DNA of 64,000 nucleotides from an uncultured Actinomycetota bacterium (GCA_963723165.1 CAVRPP010000003.1:413717-477716), one strand, 5' to 3'; shown: positions 1 to 9,890, counted from the first letter of the stretch. Notes: generated by a model from the letters alone, not told the origin. A program made the numbers and translations.

Positions 1-300
1 TACGAGTCGGACACCGCAGGGTCGGTTGGAGCCCGCCAAAGGTACCGACCCTTCGTTGCTGCCGACAACGCCGCATTCCTACGGTGCGGGACCTGGTTCA
101 TCATGGAGAACAGCTGGCCAGAACCCAGCCGGGACAACGACGGAACCACCCGCGATTGGTTGGGTGTACGGGTCGTATTCGACCACGATTGGCTCACCGG
201 ATTCGCCTGGTTCTCCGGTTCGGTCTGCAACCGGGGGGCGTCGGGAACGTGCTGGTCCGCCGACACCGTCATGCACGTCGAGCCGGACCCGAATCCGTAG
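1..300 (+). CDS. TadE-like Flp-pilus minor pilin (pseudopilin), C-terminal fragment; 5' end lies outside the window
   Basis: Frame 1 is open from nt 1 to the stop at 298-300. The C-terminal motif (LGVRVVFDHDWLTGFAWFSG...MHVEPDPNP) parallels the C-termini of the downstream TadE-like proteins (THQYITGFLSFP...QLEPDVE; THQWFTGLFAST...RLEPRVFS). Confidence 0.45.
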   Translation, partial: YESDTAGSVGARQRYRPFVAADNAAFLRCGTWFIMENSWPEPSRDNDGTTRDWLGVRVVFDHDWLTGFAWFSGSVCNRGASGTCWSADTVMHVEPDPNP

Positions 301-440
301 CGGCTCCCGCTCGCCGGCAGCCGCATCGAGCGGCTCACATCGCTCCTCAGATCCTCAACATTCCGCTAAGGAAACTGGCATTTCTGCCGATGATCCTGGA
401 GTAGTTCGGGTGATGCGCGTCGCGCATTTGGAGCAGTTAT

Positions 441-995
441 ATGCGGAGCCGGTTTGGACAACGCAACGAGCGGGGCGCCACCATTGTCGAATTCGCCGTG
501 GTCTTCCCGCTCATCATCATGCTGGTCATGGGAATCGCCGAATTCAGCCTGGCCTTCAAGGACTGGTTGACGATCAGCCATGCCAGCCGCGAGGGCGCCA
601 GGGCCGGGGCGACCGCCGCCAACGACATCGCCGCCGACATGCAGGTCCTGACCGCCATCGAACAGGCCCTCACCGGAGGCGATTTGCGGGCGATCACCAA
701 TGTGGTGGTTTCCGACCCGGACGGGGGGCCGTCCACCACGTACGCCTATACCGGCAATCCGACCTGCGCATGGGCACCCTGCCCCGATCCCTACGCCGGG
801 GCTCCACCCCTCTACGCGCCTCCCTATGCCGCCCCCAACTACTTGCCGGAGACTCGCGACGTGACCGCTCCCAGCCCGGGCCGGATCAAAGTGTCGATCA
901 CGTTGACGCACCAGTGGTTCACGGGCCTATTTGCCAGCACGTCGGTCTGGACTTCCGACACGATCATGCGCCTCGAGCCGAGGGTGTTCTCATGA
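441..995 (+). CDS. TadE-like protein (Flp pilus assembly minor pilin/pseudopilin family)
   Basis: N-terminus ERGATIVEFAVVFPLIIMLVMGIAEFSLAF matches the TadE N-terminal hydrophobic signature (xVEFALVlPlll...G-EfGr). ATGA start/stop overlap with the next gene. Confidence 0.8.
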   Translation: MRSRFGQRNERGATIVEFAVVFPLIIMLVMGIAEFSLAFKDWLTISHASREGARAGATAANDIAADMQVLTAIEQALTGGDLRAITNVVVSDPDGGPSTTYAYTGNPTCAWAPCPDPYAGAPPLYAPPYAAPNYLPETRDVTAPSPGRIKVSITLTHQWFTGLFASTSVWTSDTIMRLEPRVFS

Positions 996-1594
996 GAAAG
1001 CGGCGCTGGTTCTCTCTCCGGCGGAGGACGAAGTCGGAACGAGGGGCCAGCCTCATCGAAGCGGCTCTCGTAGTCCCGTTGTTGATCCTGCTGGCGTTTG
1101 GAGCCGCAGAGTTTGGATTTGTGTTCCTGGACTTCCTCAATGTCTCCAGCGCCGCTCGAGAGGGCGCCCGGGTGGGCAGCGCCGTCGGCGACGCGGTCGA
1201 CGCCGACACGCTGATCTTGGGGGCGATTGCCGAGGCAACCGCCGATCTGGATAATTCCACAATTGAGGCCATCTGGGTTTTCGAAGCCAAGGCCAACGGT
1301 GACCCGGTCGACAATTGTGTGGTCGACACCTCAACCAACTACTTCACCTGTGCTGGTCCGACGAACAACATCAACATTTACGACTCGGCAGGCAACAAGC
1401 TGATCGGATCCTGGACCGCAACCGGCCGCAGGGTGACCGTCGGGCTCAATTGCCCGGCTGTACCGGCGGAGTGTCCGGACCGCCTCGGCGTACGAGTGGT
1501 ATTCACCCATCAATACATCACCGGATTCCTGTCCTTCCCGACCGGACCGTTCTCAGAGGATGCCGTGTTCCAGCTCGAGCCGGATGTGGAATGA
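992..1594 (+). CDS. TadE-like protein
   Basis: ERGASLIEAALVVPLLILLAFGAAEFGFVFLDFLNVSSAAREGARVG is a TadE-type N-terminus. The start ATG at 992 overlaps the stop of the previous gene, so they look translationally coupled. Confidence 0.75.
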   Translation: MRKRRWFSLRRRTKSERGASLIEAALVVPLLILLAFGAAEFGFVFLDFLNVSSAAREGARVGSAVGDAVDADTLILGAIAEATADLDNSTIEAIWVFEAKANGDPVDNCVVDTSTNYFTCAGPTNNINIYDSAGNKLIGSWTATGRRVTVGLNCPAVPAECPDRLGVRVVFTHQYITGFLSFPTGPFSEDAVFQLEPDVE

Positions 1595-1612
1595 CATGAG
1601 GGGAGCAACGCC

Positions 1613-3145
1613 ATGAGGAAACCGGCCATACGAGACGAGCAAGGTGCGATCCTGCCGTTTGTGGCGCTCGTGCTGGTGCTGCTGCTCGGGTTGGCCTCAT
1701 TCGCCGTCGATCTCGGCTGGTTCTACCTGAACTCGACTCGTATCCAAAGAGCCGCAGAGTCGGCTGCCCTCGCCGGGGTGATCCACATGCCCCAGGCCTA
1801 CGCGACGAAAGCCGAACCCACAGCTTTGCAGGTGGCAGCCAGCAACGGCTACGTCGACGGAGCAGACAACGCTGCCATCACGGTCACCGACGGACTCATC
1901 TGGGGTGAGCCAAACCAGATCGAAGTTGAAATCAGCGACACTGTTGACACCTTCTTGCTGCGCGTGCTCGGAAGGCAGAATCAGACGATCACTCGTAGCG
2001 CCGTCGCCGAATATGTGCCGCCCCTGCCCCTGGGGAGCCCTGAATCGCAGTTCGGGAACAGCTGCGACCCCAATGAGCCCGGCTGCACGGGCCAGCCCAA
2101 CTTCTGGGCGAACATCCACGGTCGATACACCGACACCCGGATGGGTGACGCCTACTCGTCCTACTGCGAGGACGGCCAGGGCAGCGGAAACGCCGGATGC
2201 GGCCAAAACGTCTCATGGAGGAACCCGGCCACGTCGACCAGGGGAGGCGGGTACCTCTACGGGATAGAAGGAACCGCCGGCGTCCAGTTTTCGATTCAAT
2301 TCCTCGACATCGTCCATCACAACATCTCCGGCTCCGAAACCACCAACGACAACTGGCGAACCGGCGACCGCGGGTGCGAGGCGTGGGGCGATAGCAATGC
2401 GGACTGCGGTCAGACGGTGCGGACCACGCTGTATGCCCCGGATCCTTCTCCGCTCAACCTCAACGGCAACATAGCAATCTGCACCAGGGACTGGGCCCCG
2501 GCCCCGCAGGTGCCGGAGAGCGACCCCTATACGTGGGACACCTGGTGCCCGGTCATTCCGCCGTCAGATGGACTCTACGTTCTGCAGATCGAAGCGCTCG
2601 ATCCGCTCGCTTCTCCAAACCCGTCTGCCGACGCTGGCTGGTCGGGGCTCAACCGTTACTCGGTGCGGGCGACCAACGGATCGCGACTCTACGGGCTCGG
2701 CGACATGTCCCTCTACAACAATGCCACCGGCACGACCAGCGACTTCTACCTCGCCGAGGTGAGCGATATCTACTCGGGCAAGGACTTCGTGGTCGAGCTC
2801 TACGATCCCGGCGAAGCCAACCCGGGCGGTTGGGTCGAGATCAAGTCTCCCGCCGGAGCAGGAGTCTGGAATACCTACGCCAGCTGCCGGATGAGCGTGC
2901 GGACCAGCGAGACAGCCTCGTGGTCGAGTCCCACCACTCTGGCTCCCTGCCGCTTCTTTGCAAACAACGACGGCGGAGCCAACGACTACAACGGCGACTG
3001 GATCAAACTGGAGATGACCCTCAGCAGCTACGTCTGCGGCCCCAACTGCTGGTGGAAGCTCAACTACAACTACTCCAACAACGTGAACGACACCACCACC
3101 TGGAAGGCCTACATCGTCGGCAACCCGGTGCACCTCCTCAAGTAG
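1613..3145 (+). CDS. TadG-like Flp pilus assembly protein (Tad_N domain, large W/N/G-rich extracellular region)
   Basis: N-terminus QGAILPFVALVLVLLLGLASFAVDLGWFYLNSTRIQRAAESAALAG matches the TadG N-terminal (Tad_N) signature (AVDxGxxY...aAdaAALAGa). AGGGGAG RBS upstream. Confidence 0.75.
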   Translation: MRKPAIRDEQGAILPFVALVLVLLLGLASFAVDLGWFYLNSTRIQRAAESAALAGVIHMPQAYATKAEPTALQVAASNGYVDGADNAAITVTDGLIWGEPNQIEVEISDTVDTFLLRVLGRQNQTITRSAVAEYVPPLPLGSPESQFGNSCDPNEPGCTGQPNFWANIHGRYTDTRMGDAYSSYCEDGQGSGNAGCGQNVSWRNPATSTRGGGYLYGIEGTAGVQFSIQFLDIVHHNISGSETTNDNWRTGDRGCEAWGDSNADCGQTVRTTLYAPDPSPLNLNGNIAICTRDWAPAPQVPESDPYTWDTWCPVIPPSDGLYVLQIEALDPLASPNPSADAGWSGLNRYSVRATNGSRLYGLGDMSLYNNATGTTSDFYLAEVSDIYSGKDFVVELYDPGEANPGGWVEIKSPAGAGVWNTYASCRMSVRTSETASWSSPTTLAPCRFFANNDGGANDYNGDWIKLEMTLSSYVCGPNCWWKLNYNYSNNVNDTTTWKAYIVGNPVHLLK

Positions 3146-3318
3146 GGAACGCGACTACGGTCCCCGTCTGCACATGCCCGGCCGAGGGTCTGCTCCTTGA
3201 AAACCCACGTCAAGTTTTCTCGCCGACCGCCGATGACTGTTGCGTGGCAGGACCTGCCACAGGCTGGGAGGCTTGATCGAGCACCTTTATTGGGTGGTCG
3301 AATGAGCTGAGGAGTGAC

Positions 3319-3768
3319 ATGAGGTCTCGAGACTCAAAACGACCCGGCCGTTTCTTCTCCGGTGACCGCGGCGCCGCCCTCATGGAAGCTGCGTTGGTCA
3401 TGCCTCTCATGCTGATGCTCACCGTCGGCGTGTGGACCACGGCCCGGGCCTGGAACGTGCACAGCACACTCGACCACGCTGCTCGGGAAGCCGCCCGCTA
3501 CGGAGCGACCGAGGTCCCCTGGGGCGGGACCTCTGCTGCAATCGTGAGAGCCGTTGCCGACCAGGAGCTGCAAGCTTCTGCCATTGTGCCTGCGGATGTC
3601 ACCACCGTCTGCATAGCCGAGGGAAGCGCTCCCTGCGGTTTGGGCGCCATCCCCGATGTCGACCAGGTCGCGGTGCAATTGAGCTGGGACAACTACCGGA
3701 TGGACTTCATCTTCTTCACGATATCCGTTGACCTCAAGGCATCGGCGGTATCCCGCTGGGAGGGCTGA
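3319..3768 (+). CDS. TadE-like protein (paralog of 7746-8255)
   Basis: RGAALMEAALVMPLMLMLTVGVWTTARAWNVHSTLDHAAREAARYGAT. Good RBS (GAGGAG). Confidence 0.8.
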   Translation: MRSRDSKRPGRFFSGDRGAALMEAALVMPLMLMLTVGVWTTARAWNVHSTLDHAAREAARYGATEVPWGGTSAAIVRAVADQELQASAIVPADVTTVCIAEGSAPCGLGAIPDVDQVAVQLSWDNYRMDFIFFTISVDLKASAVSRWEG

Positions 3769-3769
3769 G

Positions 3770-5110
3770 ATGAGGAACCTCATCCACCGGGGCAGAGGAG
3801 AACTCGGCTTCAGCGCTATTTGGACGGCCATCACCGCCTTCTTCGTGGTTGGGGTAGCCGCCCTGGCGGTGGACGTCTCGGGTTTCTACCGGGAAGCAGC
3901 GGCGGAGCAATCCGCTGCGGACATGACGTGCCTCGCCGGGGTGAGGGATCTTCCGCAATCTCCGAGCGACGCCCTTGATCATGCCGTTGCCATTGCCCGA
4001 CAGAACTGGTCCGAGGTGGCAGGTGCACCGGCAACGATCGACCTGGTGGCCAAGACGGCCATCCTCGATAACGGCAGCGGCGACGTCGTGACCATTGTGG
4101 CCGGTTACGGAGGACAGCCAACCAAGATGGCCGTGACCGTCACCCAACAAGCCCCAACCCAATTCGGAAAGGTACTCGGGGCAAACAGCACTCGGATAAC
4201 CCAGGAGGCCTTCTGCAAGGTGCAGGGTCTCCACATCGGTGATCTTCCGTTTGGCGCCATCCCCGGCGGCGGCTTCGACGGTGAACTCCAGACCGGCAGC
4301 CTCTGTGCAAACGGGAACTGCCGGCCCCTGGAATTGCCCCGCGAGGACGGCACCGGCGCCGGCGTCTGGTTCATCCGCAACGTTGCCATAGGTGGGCAGG
4401 CGCAGCTCCTGCCGGTCAAGACCGCAGTACCGCCCGCATCGCTCACCGCGTGCGCTCCGTTCTCCGGGCCGTGCACCATTGTCAATCAGGATCAGGGCGT
4501 CTCCACCGGGCAGCTCTCCGACGGTATCGCCCGGGGCAACGGGGCAGCCGCAGTAGATGGACGATTTGAGAATCCGACCACGAGTTCTGTGTTCAGCAGC
4601 CTGGCGGGCCGAATTCTCGACGGCGACACCCCTGAAGAGATCCTCGATCCCGACTACGTGCTCGGCAGTCCGGGTACGTTCTCCGGAATCACCGGCGGCG
4701 GCCTCGGCAGCCTCGGGCAACCTCCGGGATGGGATGTTGACATACACGGCCTCTGGTCGGGCATCGACCCGGATCGGACCTACTACTACAACGAAACGGT
4801 CGCCAAGTGCGACTCACCGCGGCTGGGCCGCATCCCGATCATCGCTCAGGTCGACTGGGGACCCGGGCAGCCCCTGAACCTGCCGGGCGGTAATAGTGAT
4901 CCGGTGAAGGTGGTCGGCTTCTACCTGATCGCCCTGGAAGATCCCAACGAATCAAGCGACTTCTTGAACCCCTCCGACTCCCTCAAGAACCTGTCGGGGA
5001 AGGTTCTCTGGTTGGGACCGGACGCCAGTTGCAGCGGCACGGGGGGCAAGATAAAGCCCTACCAACCCGGTGACGTCAAGGTGCTGCGCCTGGTCGACGA
5101 AACAGCCTGA
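3770..5110 (+). CDS. TadG-like Flp pilus assembly protein (paralog of the degraded copy at 8252-9864)
   Basis: ELGFSAIWTAITAFFVVGVAALAVDVSGFYREAAAEQSAADMTCLAGV is a Tad_N-type N-terminus. The ATG at 3770 overlaps the stop of the upstream TadE-like gene. Confidence 0.75.
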   Translation: MRNLIHRGRGELGFSAIWTAITAFFVVGVAALAVDVSGFYREAAAEQSAADMTCLAGVRDLPQSPSDALDHAVAIARQNWSEVAGAPATIDLVAKTAILDNGSGDVVTIVAGYGGQPTKMAVTVTQQAPTQFGKVLGANSTRITQEAFCKVQGLHIGDLPFGAIPGGGFDGELQTGSLCANGNCRPLELPREDGTGAGVWFIRNVAIGGQAQLLPVKTAVPPASLTACAPFSGPCTIVNQDQGVSTGQLSDGIARGNGAAAVDGRFENPTTSSVFSSLAGRILDGDTPEEILDPDYVLGSPGTFSGITGGGLGSLGQPPGWDVDIHGLWSGIDPDRTYYYNETVAKCDSPRLGRIPIIAQVDWGPGQPLNLPGGNSDPVKVVGFYLIALEDPNESSDFLNPSDSLKNLSGKVLWLGPDASCSGTGGKIKPYQPGDVKVLRLVDETA

Positions 5111-5291
5111 GCCCGCCGCGGCGGCCGATCTGATCTCCCGACCTGTGTCACATCTGCGTGCATTGACTAGTCAGAACATGCCGACCAGATTCACCACTTC
5201 ATACGACCGCCCTGGGCGTTATGATCACCACAGAACGTAGGCGGAAGAAGATCACGTTCACAACTTGACTCTCAATTGTCAAGAGGGGCTT

Positions 5292-5317
5292 CAGTTGCAG
5301 TTGCAGTTGCAGTTGCA
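5292..5317. repeat. (CAGTTG)4 hexamer microsatellite inside a low-GC intergenic region, overlapping a TGCAACTGCA palindrome
   Basis: CAGTTGCAGTTGCAGTTGCAGTTGCA, followed by GATTCTGCAACTCTGAAAGTGCAG. Lies in the gap between Tad modules II and III. Confidence 0.8.
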
Positions 5318-5364
5318 CAGCGATTCTGCAACTCTGAAAGTGCAGGCTGGGAGGCGGCGTAACA

Positions 5365-5871
5365 GTGCGTTGGGGGCAACGACTTCAAAGCAGAGACGAT
5401 CGAGGGGCATCCCTCGTTGAGTTCGCATTGGTCCTACCTCTCCTGCTGCTCATCCTGTTTGGCATAGCCGAAATCGGTCGGTTCGTGGCCACCAAAGAAG
5501 CGGTCAACACAGCGAGCCGCGAAGCGTCTCGCTATGGATCCGCAACGGGGATCAGCCCTACGGCAACCCCGCCGGTCCCCCGCTTCGCCGATTGCGACGG
5601 GATACGAGAAGCAGCTCGCGAGCTGGCAATCATTGTCACTTTCGATGACGCCGACATCACCATCAACTACGACAACGGAACAACCGGGACCATCATCGAG
5701 ACCTGCCCGGTCGGGGCGCAGGCCGACCCCGACAACATCGCCTTAGGTGATCGAATCGAAGTGACGGTCACCACAACGTTCACTTCGAGCATTCCGTTCA
5801 TCGGCCCGTTCTTGGGAACCATCAACGTGTCCTCAACGGATCGGCGCTCCATATTCGAGGGGTCGATATGA
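5365..5871 (+). CDS. TadE-like protein
   Basis: RGASLVEFALVLPLLLLILFGIAEIGRFVATKEAVNTASREASRYG. GTG start after a GGGAGG RBS. Confidence 0.8.
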   Translation: MRWGQRLQSRDDRGASLVEFALVLPLLLLILFGIAEIGRFVATKEAVNTASREASRYGSATGISPTATPPVPRFADCDGIREAARELAIIVTFDDADITINYDNGTTGTIIETCPVGAQADPDNIALGDRIEVTVTTTFTSSIPFIGPFLGTINVSSTDRRSIFEGSI

Positions 5872-6284
5872 GCGGCCGTTTGAGCGAAAGAGGCGCAGCA
5901 GCCGTCGAGATGGCGTTCGTGCTGCCGCTTCTGCTCCTGCTGGTGCTCGGGATAACCGATTTCTCTCGAGCGCTCCTCACCAATATCACCGTTGTTCAAG
6001 CGGCACAGGAGGGTGCTCTTTTCGCTTCTTACTTTCCAGGCGGCGACGTCCAGCAGCGGGTTGTCGACAGCGTCGACGACATCGCCATAACCCCTGGTGA
6101 TGTGACCAGCGCAGTCGACCTGGTCGCTTGCACGGCGACCGTCACGGTTGACCACGACTACCCGATGATCACTCCGGTGGGCAAGATCTTTCTCGGTGAC
6201 ACCGTCACGCTCTCCCATGCGGTGACGTCGACGATATTCGCCGCGGGTTGTGTACCCGCCACCACAACAACGACGACGCCATGA
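5868..6284 (+). CDS. TadE-like protein
   Basis: RGAAAVEMAFVLPLLLLLVLGITDFSRALLTNITVVQAAQEGALFA. Its start overlaps the previous stop. Confidence 0.75.
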   Translation: MSGRLSERGAAAVEMAFVLPLLLLLVLGITDFSRALLTNITVVQAAQEGALFASYFPGGDVQQRVVDSVDDIAITPGDVTSAVDLVACTATVTVDHDYPMITPVGKIFLGDTVTLSHAVTSTIFAAGCVPATTTTTTP

Positions 6285-6336
6285 ATCAGACGAGGCTGCA
6301 CCCGCAACGGGGGCAAGAGCAGAGGATGGGGATGGA

Positions 6337-7608
6337 ATGAGGAGACTCCACGGAGATGAGAGCGGCGCCGTTCTGGTCGTCGTTGCCGTTGCGATGTTGC
6401 TCGTGTTGGGAGTCGCTGCCTTGAGCGTCGATGGAGGCCGCGGACTCAATGAGGAGCGCGACTCGCAGAACGCCGCAGACCAGGCATCCCTGGCCGCTGC
6501 GTGGGCAGAGTGCAACGGCCGGGATCCTGTGGCGGCCGGCATCGCTTCGGCCGCTGCCAACGGGTTCGATAACAACGGCACAACGAACTCCGTGACGCTC
6601 ACGGACCTGGGCAGCGGTCGATTCGAAGTCGTGGTCTCGTCGACCATCGATGGCGGGTTTGCCAAAACGGTGGGGGCCAACACGATAACCGCCAGTTCCC
6701 AGGCCGTTGCCAGTTGCAGCATCACTACCGGATCGGGCGGTTTTGCCCTATTCGCAGGCTTCACCACGTGCGGGCCTGTCGACCTCAGCCTCACCGGGTC
6801 TTCGCAAACTATCAAAGGCGCGATCCATTCCAACGACCAGTTGAAGATCAACGGCAATGTCGCCTCGCCGAGCGAGGTCTGGGGACCGGTCACGGCCGCG
6901 GTCTCGGTGCAGCACTCCGGGGTCAACTTCTTCGAAACAGACGGGACCCCGTCGGCCCCCGGCACCAACCCAACGCAGGGCGTTGCCCTGGTTCCGCCCT
7001 ATCCGGTCAAGTATAAGATCGGCGACTATGCCCCCGGCTCGACCATCGCCTCCGCCGCCGGCAGCGATTATTTCGATTTCACCACCAACCAGAGCTGGTC
7101 CGATGTCAGTCTCGCCTCAGGCCTCTACTACGTCGACGGCAACGTCAGCCTCAACCGGGTGAGCGGCGAGCATGTAACCATCGTCGCTACGGGGCAGATC
7201 AGCCTGACGGGGACGAATACCGTCAACACCATCGTGGACTCGAGCGATCCGAACTACGGCCCGTACGATCCAAGCGGGCTGGCCCTCTTCAGTACCTACC
7301 GGAACGCAACAGCGTCGTGCAACCGCGATGCCATAACGTGGAGTGGCTCCAATCACGTCTGGAGCGGTATTCAGTATGCGCCCTTCGGCAACATCGATAT
7401 GAGCGGCGCCGACAATTCGACGTTCGACGGCAGCATCATCGCTTACAACATCAAGCTGAGCGGTTCTGCCATCAACATCACCTACAACGACGACTTCGAC
7501 GGCAACCCGAGCCACGGTGATCAACATCGAGGAGTAGCCGCCGGGAGCCTTCAAGTGTGGCAACGACAGCCGAAAACCCCTCATTCCGTCTGGTCATTCT
7601 GCCGATAA
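6337..7608 (+). CDS. TadG-like Flp pilus assembly protein
   Basis: The internal ATG at 6337 (MRRLHGDESGAVLVVVAVAMLLVLGVAALSVDGGRGLNEERDSQNAADQASLAAA) follows GGATGGGGATGGA. The Tad_N motif is present. The upstream part of the ORF overlaps the previous gene and is probably not translated. Confidence 0.7.
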   Translation: MRRLHGDESGAVLVVVAVAMLLVLGVAALSVDGGRGLNEERDSQNAADQASLAAAWAECNGRDPVAAGIASAAANGFDNNGTTNSVTLTDLGSGRFEVVVSSTIDGGFAKTVGANTITASSQAVASCSITTGSGGFALFAGFTTCGPVDLSLTGSSQTIKGAIHSNDQLKINGNVASPSEVWGPVTAAVSVQHSGVNFFETDGTPSAPGTNPTQGVALVPPYPVKYKIGDYAPGSTIASAAGSDYFDFTTNQSWSDVSLASGLYYVDGNVSLNRVSGEHVTIVATGQISLTGTNTVNTIVDSSDPNYGPYDPSGLALFSTYRNATASCNRDAITWSGSNHVWSGIQYAPFGNIDMSGADNSTFDGSIIAYNIKLSGSAINITYNDDFDGNPSHGDQHRGVAAGSLQVWQRQPKTPHSVWSFCR

Positions 7609-7745
7609 CTCTGTAGGTTGTCCGACGCCACGGAGAGTGAGAGTTTGTCTTCATTTCGACCACTCTATGCGGTATCATGCGGTGTGGGTGGAACGATCCC
7701 GACGGACCGAATGGTGGGATCGTTGCAGTCCCCTGGGAGGCAACG

Positions 7746-8255
7746 GTGATACGAGCACGATTTCTGAAGAAGCCACCGCGCCGTGAGCGCGGCGCCGCGC
7801 TCGTTGAGGCCGCCCTCGTGCTCCCGATGTTGTTGATGCTCACCTTTGGCATATGGACCACAGCCCGCGCCTGGAATGTTCACAACGTCCTCGATCACGC
7901 CGCCCGGGAAGCCGCCCGGTATGCCGCGACCACGTCGGATTCGCTCGCCATTCTCGACCCGATCGCTCGCGGCGAAGTTCTGGCCGCCAGCATCCGGTGG
8001 AGCGACGTATCGGGATGCTCGGCGATCATCGAGAGCGGTGCCGTCACTGAGAGCGCAACAACCGGAGGCGGCATCACGGTCGTCGACTCTCCGGTCGGTT
8101 ACTGCATCTCTCTCGGAGGTGGCGCGGGCCAGGACCCGACCACAGATGATCGAGCCCAGGTCAGGCTGGTCGTTCGGGACTTCCGGCTCGATTTCATTCT
8201 GTTCTCCTTCGAGGTCGATCTCACCGCCCAGGCCGTTTCGAGGCTAGAACCATGA
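7746..8255 (+). CDS. TadE-like protein (paralog of 3319-3768)
   Basis: GTG at 7746 sits 6 nt after GGGAGG. RGAALVEAALVLPMLLMLTFGIWTTARAWNVHNVLDHAAREAARYAAT is nearly identical to the N-terminus of the 3319 gene. Confidence 0.8.
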   Translation: MIRARFLKKPPRRERGAALVEAALVLPMLLMLTFGIWTTARAWNVHNVLDHAAREAARYAATTSDSLAILDPIARGEVLAASIRWSDVSGCSAIIESGAVTESATTGGGITVVDSPVGYCISLGGGAGQDPTTDDRAQVRLVVRDFRLDFILFSFEVDLTAQAVSRLEP

Positions 8256-9864
8256 TGTCCCGGCAGATGCACCGGCAGGAGCACGGCATTGCCGCCGTGT
8301 GGACGGCCGTCATCCTGCTGTTTCTCATCGGAGCCACCGCCCTCGCCGTTGATACGTCGGAGTTCTTCCAGCAGGCGCGCAGCCAGCAACGGGCAGTGGA
8401 CCTGGCCTGCCTGGCCGGTGCGGCCGAGTTGCCGGACGAATCCGGCCATGGCGGTCGCAGAAAGCGGCAGATTTCGCCCGGCCCAATCAGCGAGGCCTCA
8501 ACATGATCACTCCCGGCACACCGACCACCCGGGTCGGCAATGTTTCGACCTGGATAGCTGGAGATTTCGTTCTCGAGGTGGAAACCCCGGCCGTGTACAA
8601 CGGGGTTCCGAGCGCAAGCATCATGAGGGTCAGTCTCCGCCAGGAGGCCCCAACCCGGTTCGGGAAAGTTCTCGGCGCCGACAGCACCGGCATCCTGCAG
8701 GAAGCCTATTGCGGAGCATTCACTTCGGTCTCAACCGGGATCTTTCCCGGTCGGCGTCAGCACCGGGTTCCCGGGCGGCATCATCAAGTTCACCGAGAAC
8801 CAATGCAACGATTACCCCTCCACCGCATCCGGCAGCGGCGTCTGCAACTATCTCGAGGTTCCCCGGGTGGACGGACTAGGAGGCGGTGGGAGCAACGAAC
8901 TCACTTTCAACATGATGCTGGGCGCAGACCGGCCCATTACTTGCCTGGCAGCCGCTGCCGATGATCCATGCACCGCGGTCCCAGCTCGGTGCGACTCCGT
9001 CGCAGACGATGTTCCCTGCAACCAGGTGGTCTCGAAGTCGGGCAACATCGCCGGATCCGTGTACGACGGCTTGATCGGAGGCAAGACCGCCACCGACCAC
9101 CTCGGCCGGTTGGCCTACTCGGACGGCCGCACCCCGAACCCGGTCAATCCGCACGAGATGCCAACGAATGTGTGGACCTCGGTAGCCCGACCGACCGGAG
9201 CGCCGTCAGGCACGGTCGTGTGGAATACCAACCTCATGTCGAACCCATCGGACGACCTCGTGGCCAGCTGCAGCCCGGCCGCCTCAACCGCCGACTACTT
9301 CATCGACGATGACACCGACCCGCTGACGCCCAATCCCGAAGACCCGCCGACCACCTGTGACGACGGGGATATCGACGATCAGCCCGTCTACCCGATCCCG
9401 CCCGACATCAGCTATGTGAACCCGCCCCAGTTTGAGATCTCCGAGTACGACTGTCAGCGATCTGCGGCTCATCATCGTGCCTGCCGGAGTCTGGGGACCC
9501 AAGGGCGCCGGGCCCTCCAACCCCCGCCTCTTCACCATCACCGGGTTTGAGATTGCCTACCTCCTGGATCCAATCGTTGAGGACGACACGGACATCTCGG
9601 GACGGCCCGATAGCCGACGACAAGCGACAGGGCAACCATATCGGCGGGCGACACCCGCCTGCTCTGGTGGAACCACCAGAACAACAACGGCGGCAGCTGG
9701 CAGGAGGGCGACGACCGGACCACGAACCTGGCCCAGATGTCCGCCTTCAGCGTGCGGTTTGCTCCCGACGCCTCAGGTCATCGGCGGATGCCCGCTCAAC
9801 CCGGTTCCGCCCGGGCTCGGGGAATCTACTCCCCAGTGAGATCAAGCTGGTAGCAGGCCCTTAA
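8252..9864 (+). pseudogene. TadG-like gene disrupted by at least 3 frameshifts (paralog of 3770-5110)
   Basis: Homology to 3770-5110 runs through four different frames. These are 8252-8506 (Tad_N motif AVDTSEFFQQARSQQRAVDLACLAGAAEL), 8503-8750 (...APTRFGKVLGADSTGILQEAYCGAF... versus ...APTQFGKVLGANSTRITQEAFCKV...), 8744-9470 and 9432-9640 (LFTITGFEIAYLLDPIVEDD versus VKVVGFYLIALEDPNESSD). The shifts fall near 8500, 8745, 9470 and 9640. Confidence 0.55.
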
Positions 9865-9890
9865 TCAGATCGCCGGGTAGATTCGTCGGT

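Noticed and set aside
26-1594. 522-aa ORF spanning the start of the window
   Set aside because: It overlaps, in a different frame, two well-supported TadE-like genes (441-995, 992-1594) and has no recognisable motifs. This is a typical spurious long ORF of high-GC DNA. Only the frame-1 TadE-like C-terminus (1-300) is kept.
5111-5364. Possible flp prepilin gene in the Tad intergenic gap
   Set aside because: The only small ORF (MPTRFTTSYDRPGRYDHHRT) has no Flp motif (G-x-x-x-x-E-Y), no hydrophobic core and no RBS.
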